Assembly: GCF_963921235.1 (NCBI RefSeq)
Contig: NC_086097.1
Coordinates: 31,312,001 to 31,376,000, forward strand
From: Mobula hypostoma
Taxonomy: Eukaryota
DNA length: 64,000 nucleotides
Direction of reading: 5' to 3'
Below, one piece after another: positions 12,796 through 24,991 of this stretch. A program made the position numbers and the translations under genes. The notes beneath the pieces were generated by a model, which worked only from the letters and a program-made list of their open reading frames with translations, was not told the DNA's origin and searched no databases. Each line of letters starts with the position of its first letter. Positions within the stretch are counted from its first letter, which is position 1.

Positions 12796-13320
12796 TCTGC
12801 CCAAACCATCGTGTATTTATTCCTCTCCATACATGCTGCCTGACCTGCTTGAGTTCCTCCAGCATTTTGTGAGCATTGCTCTGGACTTCCAGCATCTGCA
12901 GAAATTCAGTTGTTTACAATAGTAACAAAACTGGCTATATGCCAGTTTATTTCCTTCTCCAAACCCAGAGCTGCCTCATGTATTCCCAGCATTTCCTGTT
13001 TTCATTTCGGATTTCTGGCATTTATAAATTCCATTTCTACTGCTATAAAAAAGTTGCATGTTTTGGTTTGAGAAGGTGGTGGAGGTAGATTTTTTTGGGT
13101 GGGTGGGGTGGAAATCAGAAGGAGGTGGTTCTCAACAAGGAGGAAAATGCTTTAGATACTCTGCATTAGAATACAGCTCAGAGCTTTCACCAGAACAATG
13201 ATAGCCCAGGGATAATTCACCGTGCAATAGAGAATAAAGTCAGATCTGTGAAGTCTGAGAACAATTACATCAAAATGCAGAGTAGCGCCGTTGCTGAGGG
13301 GCACAGTAGAGATGAAAGAT

Positions 13321-13645
13321 TTTAAAGATTAGCTTTATTGGTCACATGTATATCGAGACAGAGTGAAATGTGTCATTTGTGGCAACGACCAACACAGACC
13401 AAGGAAGTGCTGGGGGTAGGTAGCCCACAAGTTTCACCCTGCTTTCAGCACCAATATGGCAGCCGCAAAATTTACCAATCCTGACCATACAGGAATGTGG
13501 GAGGAAATCAGGGCACCTGGAGGAAACACATGCAGTCACAGGGAGGACATACAATTCCTTACAGACAGCAGCAGGAACTTAACCCAAATCGGTAACTTCT
13601 GGCACTGTAAAATGTTATGCTAACTACTATGCTACCGTGCCGTCC
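13321..13645 (-). mobile_element. Near full-length tRNA-derived V-SINE
   Basis: Minus-strand head GGACGGCACGGTAGCATAGTAGTTAGC (A-box-like), GGGTTAAGTTCC (B-box-like), V-domain, AATAAAGCTAATCTTT tail. Confidence 0.85.
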
Positions 13646-14294
13646 TGCAGTAAAGATGAACACTTTAATGTATTTGCTCAAATGTATTTTGCAGCAAATT
13701 AACAAGTTTTCCAAAACATGCAATAAACTCCTCTGATCCTTAAAGGGCACTAAGGCAAAAATTACTTTGCACAGAGTGTGCATGGGCTGAGAGATTCTGA
13801 TGTTTGCAATGGTTCCGCATCTTTGTAGATGGGCCTTTACCTCTCAAACTACATGCATGACATCCTGCATATCCTCTTCCAGCCTTCTGTCAGAAGCACA
13901 AACAGGCGCTGCAAGATATAAATCTCTTATTGATCAAGTGTGACATGCTGCAGATGGACCCATACAGGGCATTGTGATTCATGCTGCTGTTCCGCTATGT
14001 GAAAGTTTAATAAGGGGTCTAAATAAAGGACCATTGTACAGATGGTTCCTGGCAAGAGCACGGATGTTATTCCTGGTCGTCCAGTTCCTCAATGCCATCA
14101 GGAAACAATACCCCACCCCCACCATCCTGTCCACCGCCTCTCCCTCCAACAGCCTCCATTATCGAGGCTGCCACAAGAAACATTTAGATTGGAATCATTT
14201 TTTTTTATCACTGCTATGACTTGGAATTTTTTGTGGCAGCAGCACAGAACAAAGACAAAAAAGTAAATAAATTGCAAAAGTAAATAAATAAAAC

Positions 14295-14832
14295 AGAACA
14301 GTACAGTACAGGCCCTTCAGCCCACAATGGTATGTCTACCTTTTAAACTACTCCAAGATCAATCTAACCCTTCCCTCCCACAGTCCTCCATTTTTTATAC
14401 ATCCATGCGCCTATCAAATACTCTTAAATATCCCTAATGTATCTGCCTTTACACCACACCAGAAGTGCATGCCACACACCCACCATTCTCTGTGTAAAAA
14501 AACCTACCACTAACACCCCCATTCCCACGTACTTTCTTCCAATCAACATAAAAATATGCCCCCTCATATCAGTCATTCCCACCCTTGGAAAAGGTTTCTG
14601 GCTGTCCACTCTATCTATGCCTCTTATCTTAAAAATCTCTATCAAGTCACCTCTCAGCCTCCTTTGCCTCAAAGAGAAAAGCTCGAGCTCACTCAACTTA
14701 TCCCCACCAGATCTGCTCTCTAATCCAGGTAGCATTCTAGTAAATCTCTTCTGCACCCTGTCTAAAGATTCCACATCTTTCCTATAATGAGACACCCAAA
14801 ACTGAACACAATATTCCAAGTGTGGTCTAACC
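14295..14832 (-). mobile_element. CR1 3' fragment
   Basis: VRPHLEYCVQFW...RRLRGDLIE in ORF 14424-14981. Confidence 0.92.
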
Positions 14833-15299
14833 TGCAAAACAAAGGAATAACAAGGCAGCATTGGGATGCAATGCAGAATTCCCACCACTTCAGGATGAAA
14901 GACATGTATTTTTTTAAAAAGACTGCACCATTGCCTGCTAATTAAACCAAACACAGTCAACCAGCTCCCCCCCCATCTCATTCAATTCCCACAGCCATTA
15001 TGCCGATAAATCACTTTTATCATTTTAGCCGCCGTCACACACTGACATCATTCCACTGTAACCAAAAATAAAAGTTCTTTGTCAGATGCGTCAGTGAGAG
15101 AATGATAGAACGCAAGAATGCAAATGCCCAGTGTGGTGCCACACAAAACAGCTGTGACCAGAACTCACCCTCCACTTCTGTCATTGCTTGCAAGCTACGT
15201 AATCTGTTCAGTCACGTGGATAAATCACACAGACCTCCATGAAGTGGGGGTTGATCCATGAAGGATTTTGTTTAATCTGAGCAAAACAGGCATGAAAGA

Positions 15300-15625
15300 G
15301 GAACTGTGAATGACAGGGACTGGAAATCTGGAGCAAAGCACAAAATACTGCAGGAACTCAATGTTTCAAGCTGAGTCCATTCATCAGGACTGGAAAGGAA
15401 GAGACGAGAATAACAGTATAAAGAATGGGGGGGGTGGAGAGAGATGGAGCAAGAGCTGGTGGGTGACAAGAGGATCCAGGTGAGGTGGGGAGGTGGCAAC
15501 AGTGAGAATGATAGGAGGGGCTAGGAAGTGATGTGGAAGTGATAAATGGCTGAAGAAGATAGGATCCGCTGGGAGGGAACAGTAAACCATGGCATAAAGG
15601 GAAGGAGGTGAGGGGGGAACCAGAG
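15300..15625 (-). mobile_element. Penelope 3' fragment
   Basis: Penelope terminus, hammerhead-core remnant (TCATCAGGAC at 15381-15390), purine tract. Confidence 0.75.
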
Positions 15626-16099
15626 GATTCAATTTCCTCACAGTGAAAATTCTCAGCTTGCAGTGGTACTGCAAGGATTGCTGCTAGTGCCCCAGTTACT
15701 CACAATCACTCACAAGATGAGCTAATGGTCCACAAAAATGGATGAAGATTCCTGGCTCTACAGTAGTATGCGTTCAATTCCCACCACTGTTACAATCCCA
15801 ACAGGATATGCAATATATTCTCTGTAGCTGTAACACTTTATCTGCATTTTGTTATTGTTTTCCCTTGTACTACCTCAATACACTGTGTTGCGAAGAAATG
15901 ATCTGTATCAGCAGTATGCAAGTCAAATTATCCACTGTACCTTAGTAGATGTGACAATAGCAAAACAATTTACCAATCTATCTCATTTTGCCACAGGAGG
16001 CCAAATAATAGATTTCCAAGTTTGCAAATGATACAAAACTAGATTTTGAGTACCAAAGAAGCTGAACAAGAGTACAGGGACATGGCAGATGCAGTATAA

Positions 16100-16700
16100 T
16101 GCGCAGAAATAATGTACAAAACAAGAGTATTTAAGCATTGGTAGGTTAGATATTACTGATGTTCAAAACGGTCACTGAAAACTAATATACAAGGAAGCTA
16201 GCAATTAGGATGACAAAAGATGTGTTGGACTTTATTATGAAGGATTTGAGTACAGGAGTAAAGATGTCTTACTGCAATTATACAGGGTCTCGACAAGACA
16301 GCACCTGGCACGAGGTAACACAAAATGCTGGAGGAACTCAGGCCAAACTACATCTGTGGAAAGGAACAAACAGTTGATGTTTTGAACCAAGGCCCTTCAT
16401 CAGGACTTCATTTTGGAAGGATATGAATACAGAAGGAAAAATTTAGCTATTTATTGAAAACGCAGCGTAGAACAGGCCCTTCGAGTTGCACTGCCCAGCA
16501 ATCCTGATTTAATCCTAGCCTAATCACACAACAATTTAAAATGATGAATTAACTACTAATCATTGCGTTTTTGGACTGTGGGAGGAAATCAGAGCACCCG
16601 TAGGAAACCCACACGGTCACAGGTAGAACATCCAAACTCCTTACAGGCAGAATATTGTGTAAAATTTTAGTCTCCTTGTCTAAACAGCATTATACTTCAA
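16100..16700. mobile_element. Old CR1 fragment (+) interrupted by a Penelope terminus (about 16315-16410) and a V-SINE (about 16450-16650)
   Basis: CR1 RPHLE/YCV coding is split around the inserts; Penelope and V-domain motifs are visible. Confidence 0.7.
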
Positions 16701-17014
16701 TATGAATCCTAGTTTAACTTGTTCACGTGCAAAAGGCTCTCATGTGTTAGTCCAGCTCACTAGGATATTGAACGAGAGACTTTGAGAGGGCAGAATTTGT
16801 TAAATACATTCAAAAGTTTTTTGAGACAATACTCAACTTCACTCAGAGGGTGGTGAAAGTGTGGAACGAGCTGCCGGTGTAAGTGTTGAATGGGGGTTCA
16901 TTCGTAACATTGAAGATAAGTTTGGATAAGTACATGGATGGAGAGGTATGGAGGTCTATAGTCCAGGTACAGACAGATGGGACTAGGCAGAATAATGATT
17001 CGGCATGGACTATA

Positions 17015-17752
17015 TGACAGAATATAGTATTAACGGTAAGACTCTTGGCAGTGTGGAGGATCAGAGGGATCTTGGAGTCCGAGTCCATAGGACACTCAAG
17101 GCTGCTGCGCAGGTTGACTCTGGTTAAGAAAGCACATGTGCATTGGCCTTCATCAATCATGAGATTGAGTTTAGGAGCCGAGAGGTAATGTTGCAGCTAC
17201 GTCGGACCCTGGTCAGACCCCACTTGGAGTACTGTGCTCAGTTCTGGTCGCCTCACTATAGGAAGGACGTGGAAACCATAGAAAGGGTGCAGAGGAGATT
17301 TACAAGGATGTTGCCTGGATTGGGGAGCATGCGTTATGAGAGCAGATTGAGTGAGCTCAGCCTTTTCTCCTTGGAGCGACAGAGGATGAGAGGTGACCTG
17401 ATAGAGGTGTACAAGATGTTGAGAAGCATTGATCGTGTGGATAGTCAGAGGCTTTTTCCCAGGGCTGAAATGGCTAGCACAAGAGGGCACAGTATTAAGG
17501 TGCTGGGGAGTAGATACAGAGGAGATATCAGGGGTAAGTTGTTTTTTTTACTCAGAGAGTGGTGAGTGCGTGGAATGGGCTGCCAGCGACGGTGTGGAAG
17601 CGGATACAATAGGGTCTTTTAAGAGACTCCTGGGCAGGTATATGGAGCTCAGAAAAATAGAGGGCTATGGCTAACCCTAAGTAATTTCTCAGGCAAGGAC
17701 ATGTTCGGCACAGCTTTGTGGGCCGAAGGGCCTGTATTGTACTGTAGGTTTT
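17015..17752 (+). mobile_element. CR1 3' fragment; its tail resumes at 18582-18601
   Basis: ORF 17143-17565 LVRPHLEYCAQFWSPHYRKD; the TTTCTATG tail is split by the young CR1 insertion. Confidence 0.92.
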
Positions 17753-18581
17753 ACATAGAAAATAGGAAACATAGAAAATAGGTGCAGGAGTAGGCCATTC
17801 GGCCCTTCGAGCCTGCACCGCCATTTATTATGATCATGGCTGATCATCCAACTCAGAACCCCGCCCCAGCCTTCCCCCCATACCCCCTGACCCCCATAGC
17901 CACAAGGGCCATATCTAACTCCCTCTTAAATATAGCCAATGAACTGACCTCAACTGTTTCCTGTGGCAGAGAATTCCACAGATTCACCACACTCTGTGTG
18001 AAGAAGTTTTTCCTAATCTCGGTCCTAAAAGGCTTCCCCTTTATCCTCAAACTGTGGCCCCTCGTTCTGGACTTCCCCAACATCGGGAACAATCTTCCTG
18101 CATCTAGCCTCTCCAATCCCTTTAGGATTTTATACGTTTCAATCAGATCCCCCCTCAATCTTCTAAATTCCAATGAGTACAAGCCCAGTTCATCCAGTCT
18201 TTCTTCATATGAAAGTCCTGCCATCCCAGGAATCAATCTGGTGAACCTTCTTTGTACTCCCTCTATGGCAAGGATGTCTTTCCTCAGATTAGGGGACCAA
18301 AACTGCACACAATACTCCAGGTGTGGTCTCACCAAGGCCTTGTACAACTGCAGTAGTACCTCCCTGCTCCTGTACTCGAATCCTCTCGCTATAAATGCCA
18401 GCATACCATTCGCCTTTTTCACCGCCTGCTGTACCTGCATGCCCACTTTCAATGACTGGTGTATAATGACACCCAGGTCTCATTGCACCTCCCCTTTTCC
18501 TAATCGGCCACCATTCAGATAATAATCTGTTTTCCTATTTTTGCCACCAAAGTGGATAACTTCACATTTATCCACATTAAA
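17753..18581 (-). mobile_element. Young CR1, 5'-truncated
   Basis: ORF 17853-18452 is the CR1 ORF2 C-terminus; near-identical to 50392-51217; short flanking repeat GTTTT. Confidence 0.95.
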
Positions 18582-18606
18582 GTTTTCTATGTTTCTATGT
18601 TACAGT

Positions 18607-18786
18607 GGGGTGCATGGGAGGGGTAGCACCTCTAGATGGGGGGCTTGTCACACACCTTGGAATGTCTCGTCATCTATTGGTCCCCACCGACGCCCAGCTC
18701 TCACCTGTGGCTCCTCATAGCTGTTTGCATGCGACAGTGGCCACATCGGGCAACAGCTTCGACAAGCCAGCTAAACCAGGTGAGGG
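18607..18786 (+). ncRNA. Candidate HDV-like self-cleaving ribozyme at the RTE 5' end (P1 decayed)
   Basis: P1 GGGGTG 18607; P2 CTCTCACCTG 18698-18707 with CAGGTGAGGG 18777-18786; P3 GGC/GCC; L3 begins TCC; P1.1 GG 18748-18749; P4 GCTT/AAGC; catalytic-C candidate 18771 in GCTAAA. Confidence 0.65.
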
Positions 18787-20470
18787 TAGCCAACGGGTCT
18801 GAAACCCTTGGTGAGATAAGAATTTGCTCATCCCAGCATGCGAAGACTACTTCGGTGGATCGGGCGGAGGAAACCCTGGGGGTTCAACAGCTGAGAAGGC
18901 GTTGCAGCAGCGCATTGTGGAGTGTGCAGGGCACGGCAGAGCACTTAGACGCAGTCATCCAATGCAGCCAAGGAAGTTGCCAGAAGTAACGATTCTTCAT
19001 GCCACTGGATCCTGACTTCTGAGGCCGAGTGGGATCATCTCTGTGCAAGGCTTTTCCACTTCAATATCTTTCACACACTGGTTACATTGTGCGATGTTCA
19101 TCTCCCAACTTTCAATTCCAACCAGTCTTCTACAAGTCCTACGGCGATGGGGGAGTGGCGAAGCAACAGGTGGAGGTGACCACTGGGAGTTGTAGTCACA
19201 AACCCGCACGTAGGCTGCCTTTGGACAAGTGGTCGTTCTTCTCTGTACTCAGGGCAGCAGAGGGGTCCGGCAGCACCAATGGCGACTGAGCAGCCCTTTT
19301 CAGGACAGCACTGCTCACCCTTTGATAGGGAGGGGCCTAGAAAAGGTGGTTAATCATTGCCTGCCCTACAGACAGATAACTGGCCAGCTTGCTGCGGCTG
19401 GCAGTTCATCCGCCAATGCAGTTACACTCAAAAGAGAAGAAAGAAACTTCTGTTAGGATCATGGAATGTCCGCACACTCATAGACAGAGAGAACTCAGCA
19501 AGACCCCAAAGAAGAACAGCCCTTGTTGCCAAGGAACTTTCATGCTACAACATCGACATCTCAGTCTTAAGTGAAACCAGGCTTGCGGAGGAAGGATCCC
19601 TGACTGAAACCACCAGTGGCTACACTTTCTTTTGGAAAGGAAAAGCGCAAGATGAAGAGAGGATTCACGGAGTTGGATTTGCAGTCAAGTCCAGCTTCCT
19701 GAAACAACTCTCCGACCTGCCCGTGGGAATCAACGAAAGGCTTAGGGGGCTACATCTGCCCCTCAGCCACAAACGTCACGCAACAGTCATCAGCGCTTAT
19801 GCCCCCACCATGACCAGCAAATACGAGACCACTGAACAGTTCTACGCCGACCTTAGCTCTGTTCTGGGCTCAGTCCCTGTCAACGACAAACTAATCATGC
19901 TCGGTGACTTCAATGCCTGAGTAGGCTGCCACCATAGTCGCTGGGAAGGGGTTCTAGGCAAACATGGTATTGGAGATATGAACAGCAACGGCCTCTTGCT
20001 CCTTAGCAAATGTGCAGAATACAACCTCCTCATCACAAACACAGTGTTCAGGCTGGCGAACAAGTACAAGACAATATGGATGCACCCAAGATCCAAACAT
20101 TGGCACATGATCGACTACATTATATTACGTCGCCGAGACATCCGGGATGTCCTCATCACCAGAGCCATGCGAGGAACGGAGGGCTGGACTGACCATAGGC
20201 TTGTCCGCACCACAGTGAAGCTACATATTGCTCCCCACCATCCCAAGCACCCTAAGTTCATCAGAACAGCTTTTAACATCACCAGACTCCAAGAGCCACT
20301 GTATCTTCGCAAGTTCCAGACCACCCTTGATGAGAAGCTGTCTGCCAAAGGGCCACTAACTGGTGGGCCAACCCAGAAGTGGAATCAGTTTAGAGAGATG
20401 GTGACAGAGACAACAAAATCAGTTCTCGGCCCCAAGAACCGGAACCACCAAGATTGGTTTGACAGTGCCT

Positions 20471-21051
20471 CCTTTCAACACATGATAGCTTTCTCAACTT
20501 TACTGGCTAGGAGAACTATTCGATTGTACTGGAAGGATCCCAATCCACCTACTGTTTTTTTTTTTTGGCTCTTCTCCATTATGTCTTGTTTAAGTTTGGA
20601 GAAAATAAGGAGTCGGACGTTTGATACATCTTTTAAATTTGAGCAAACTTGGCGACCTTTTATTCAATATTTTCATATGATCTAATTCTTTTTACTATTC
20701 CAGTTAATTTTTTTTTCCGCGAAGTTTTAGATTTGATCAGAAGGATTTTCCCTTTTTTTTTTAAACTGTATCCTCAAAATGGACTGCCCAGTCCCTTTTT
20801 TTTGTTTTGGGTTAGTTTAGTGGGGTTTTTTTTCCTCAATAACAGGAACTCTTGAGTCTTTTTTTCTATGAACTGTTAAGAGGAAAAGTGGTTCTCTTGT
20901 CTCTTTATATTAGCTTAATACTATATATGATTTTGACAGTGTATATTCCTTTCTCTGTTTGTACTGTTATTGATATATGTATTTGAGATAACCTCTCCTC
21001 TGGTTTGTATTTATCCTTATTCTTTTAAATCAATAAAAAAAAGATTGAAAG
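20471..21051 (+). mobile_element. L1-clade LINE 3' end inserted into RTE-1
   Basis: IAFSTLLARRTIRLYWKDPNPPT..WL..IMSCLSLEKIR..TWRPFIQYF resembles a fish L1 ORF2 C-terminus; T-rich 3' UTR with AATAAA; flanked by TGACAGTGCCT. Confidence 0.85.
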
Positions 21052-24000
21052 GAGAATGACAGTGCCTTCAAAGATCTCCTGGCCAGGAAGAAAACAGCAT
21101 TCATGGAGTGGCAAAACGACCCAAGCTCCATTCCCAAAAAAGAGCGGTTCAAGTCCCTTCAGGCCCATACCCAACGGGAAATTCGCAAGATGCATGACCT
21201 GTGGTGGGATAGGAAAGCTGAAGAGGTGCAATGCTTCACCGACATCAACAACTCGAAGCTGCTCTTCAACTCCATCAAGATGATCTTCAGCCCCTCAAGA
21301 TCTGGCTCACCTCCACTGTTGTCCGCTAATGGAACCACACTGCTAAAGGACCAAGAGAGCATCCAACACAGATGGAAAGAGCATATCAGCCAGCTCCTGA
21401 ACCGCCCTTCATCGGTCAACCAGTCTGCTCTGGACCAAGTCCCCCAACAGCCTATTCACGAGGAACTAGATGATCCTCCCTCAACAGATGAAGTCAAGAA
21501 GGCTATCATGCAGATGAGCAATGGCAAGGCGCCCGGCAAGGATGGAATACCTGCTGAACTGTACAAGGCACTCAGCAAGGAATCACTTGAGGATTTCCAC
21601 AGCACACTGACTAGCATTTGGGAAGAAGAAGAGATGCCCCCTGACCTAAGAGATGCAACGATAATCGCCCTCTACCAAAATAAAGGTTCAAGGACCCACT
21701 GCGGGAACTACAGAGGCATCTCACTACTTTCCATTGCCGGAAAAATCCTCGCCCGCATCATCCTCAACAGACTGATTCCAACAGTGTCAAAACAGAACGT
21801 TCCTGAGTCGCAATGTGGCTTTCGTCCCGAACACAGCACTGTCAACATGATCTTCGCAGTGAGACAGATACAGGAGAAGTGCCTGGAACAGAACATGACA
21901 TTATATTCTGTCTTCATTGATTTGACGAAGGCATTTGACATGATCAACAGAAATGCGCTGTGGATCCTCAGAAAGCTTGGCTGCCCGCAGAAATTCACTA
22001 CACTCACCCGCCTGCTCCACGATGGCATGACAGGAGAAGTGTTCTCAGATGGTTCCCCATCTGAGACTTTCAACATCTCAAATAGCGTGAAGCAAGGGTG
22101 CGTTCTAGCACCAGTGCTCTTCAACCTCTTCTTCACCCAAGTGCTGAAGCATGCTGTTAAGGACCTAGACCTGGGTACTTACATAAGATATCGCCTAGAT
22201 GAATCAATGTTTGACCTGAGACGCCTTGCTGCAAAGACCAAAACATTGAGGAGGCTCATCACTGAAGCCCTGTTTGCTGATGACTGTGCCCTCATGGCCC
22301 ACCAGCAGAACCACCTGCAGACGATTGTTGACAAGTTCTCCGCAGCCTCAAAGCTGTTCAACCTGACATCAGCCTCGGTAAGACAGAAGTTCTCCTGCAA
22401 CCTGCACCAAACAGTCACCCTCGTCAGCCATGCATCACCATCGACGGCACTGTCCTGAAGAATGTGAAGAGCTTCAAGTATCTAGGAAGCACCATCTCCA
22501 GTGACGGATCCATTGACAAAGAGATCATAGCAAGGATCCAGAAAGCCAGCCAGGCACTCGGGAAACTCCGTGTCAAAGTTCTGGAGCACAAGGACATTCA
22601 GCTTTCAACCAAGCTCAAGGTGTACAAGGCTGTGGTCCTCACCTCTCTCCTGTACGGCTGTGAAACCTGGACCCTGTACTGCAGGCACATCAAACAGCTG
22701 GAGCAGTTTCACATGCACTCTCTGCGGTCAATCATGAGGATTTGATGGCAGGACCGAATCACCAACCAGGAAGTCCTTGACAAAGCTAACAGCATAAGCA
22801 TTGAGGCAAGGATCCTGCAGGCCCAGCTACACTGGACTGGCCATGTAATCCACATGGGTGAAACAAGGATCCCCAGGCAGCTGCTCTACGGTGAGCTTGA
22901 GCATGGCAGTCGCAATCAGGGACGCCCCAAAAAAAGATTCAAAGACAATCTGAAATCGTACATCAAATGGGCAGACCTCCAGCCTCGACAGCTTGAGGAG
23001 TCCGCCGCCAACAGGGCTGCGTGGCACGCCCTAACCAGAAAAGCTGCATCTGACTTTGAGGATGACCGAAATCAGCACCTTGCAGCAGCACGAGACCGAT
23101 GCCACAAAGCTGTGTATGCACCTGTTGTAATAGCCACCATTCCATGTCCAACCTGCAACCACACGTGTGCTTCGGCCTTCGGCCTCCGAAGCCACATGAA
23201 TATCCACAGATGGCTGCACAATATTCAGTCTTCCTCGGACCCTGAGAGACAACCACTACCATGTTATAGTAGATGGCACAAAGGGGATTAGGCAGAAAAC
23301 CAGGCCAGCATGGATTAGATGGGCCAAAGGACCTGCTTCTGTGACTATATCAGTCAACCTTTAGAAAAATAAACAGAGCAGGTGATGAAAGTGTCGACAT
23401 GGGAACACATTGGAACAATAACTAATTCCACAAATTTCAAGGTAGTTATGGAAAAGAATAAGATTGGTTCCCAAGTTAAGGACCTGAACTGGGGGAAGGC
23501 TGACTCCAACAACATAAGAGGGGACATGTGCAAGTAGGATGTGAGCAGATGCTCATGGGCCAAATGACAGCTGATAAGTGGGAGTCAGAAACAGTATGCT
23601 CTGGTTAAATGTGAAAGGCAAGTAGCAAGATCAGGGAACCTCTTAATTCAAAATATTGGTGAAATCAGAAAGTCACTTTGTCCAAGAGACACTTAAACAA
23701 GCAAGGCATGGAAGGATGCCGTGTTAATGCATGCAAATGGATATATCGTGGATGGGAGAAAGGTCCATGTTGCTGTGCCGTCTGACCCAGACTACTAATT
23801 CCTCCAGTATGCCTTCACTGCAGTACTTCAACACCACTGCACAGGGAGTAGAAGCTCACGTGCTCTTTGGCTGGAGCAGTGGAGGCAAGAGCCCATCCTG
23901 ACACCGAAAGGGGAAAAGCTGGGGCAGTAGTGGTGGCTCTTGCAGGGGTGGGCAGGTGTGTTATTGTGATGTTGGAGTCATGTCCTCCTGTCCAGTGGGG

Positions 24001-24369
24001 AGGGAGTTTGGTTTGCTCTGCAAGAAGAATTGCACCACAGGAGGGGGGAGGAGTACAACAAAGCACAAAACATTGAATGTACATGGAGCTGTCCTAACTA
24101 GTTTCCTTATGGAGGTATTGTGATCTTCTTCAGGGGCCTGGAATTAATATTAATATAGAGTGTGGTGAATCTGTGGAATTCATCACCACAGACAGCTGTA
24201 GGGGCCATGCCATTGGCTATATTTAAAGCATAGGTTAATAGGTTCTTGATTAGTTAGGTAAAGGTCATGGAGAGAAGGCAGGAGAATGGGGGTGAGAGGG
24301 ATAATTAATCAGCCATGATGGAATGATGGAGCAGACTCAATGGGCCGAATGGCCTGATTCTGCTCCTAT

Positions 24370-24991
24370 TTAGATTGTGAAGACACACAGTCCTCTTTAT
24401 TGTCACTTAGTAACGCATGCATTAAGAATTGATACAATATTTCCTCCAGTGTGATATCACAAAACACAGGACAGACCAAGACTGAAAAAACTACAAAACC
24501 ACATAATTATAACATATAGTTACAACAGTGCAACAATACCATAACTTGATGAAGAAGTCCATGAGCACAGTAAAAAGTTCAAAGTCTCTCAAATGTCCCA
24601 CATTTCACACAGACGGGAGAAGGAAGAAAAACTCTCCCTGCCATGCCTGACCACAGTCCGACTGAGTCATCTGAAAATGTCGAGCCTCTGATCAGCTCTC
24701 CGACACGGAGTACTGAGCCCCATCTCTGTCCGAACAATTCGACCTCAATCCCGGTCGCCAACAGCAGACAAAGCTGGGGATTTTGAGGCCTTCCCTCCGG
24801 AAGATTCCCGACCGCACAGTAACAACAGCAGCGAACGGGCGTTTCAGAAATTTCTCCAGATGTTCCTCTGTGCTTTCACGTCTGTCTCCATCAAATCAGA
24901 ATTGTCTATGGCCCCTATTTAATGGATACGGTATCATTTTTCACCGGAGAGCTGCGCACGTGCCGCGCACTGCTCTCTCTCCTCCTGCCAT
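24370..24991 (-). mobile_element. Non-autonomous retroposon with TCTAA tail (same family as 2453-3030)
   Basis: Colinear similarity, for example AAAACCACATAATTATAACATATAGTTACAACAGTGCA in both copies. Confidence 0.7.

Larger units (their letters stand above)
18607..23260 (+). mobile_element. Full-length RTE-clade LINE (RTE-1), inactivated
   Basis: AP endonuclease (GSWNVRTL, LSETRL, LGDFNA, TDHRLV), RT (QCGFR, DLTKAFD, KQGCVLAP, FADD) and C2H2-like CPTCNHTC..LRSHMNIH. TSD ATGTTA(C/T)AGT at 18597-18606 and 23261-23270. Carries stops, frameshifts and an L1 insert. Confidence 0.96.

Noticed and set aside
13841..13908. Minus-strand AG...GT bounded 68-nt candidate exon
   Set aside because: Stop codons in all three frames and no BRF1 similarity.
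15169..15203. Minus-strand short candidate exon ending in GTGAG, close to the size of the expected next BRF1 exon
   Set aside because: Does not encode HMLLDLSDLLQ and has no U12 branch site.
17830..18522. 230-aa plus-strand ORF, and similar ones at 50465, 51176, 46182 and 5988
   Set aside because: Antisense shadows of CR1 ORF2.
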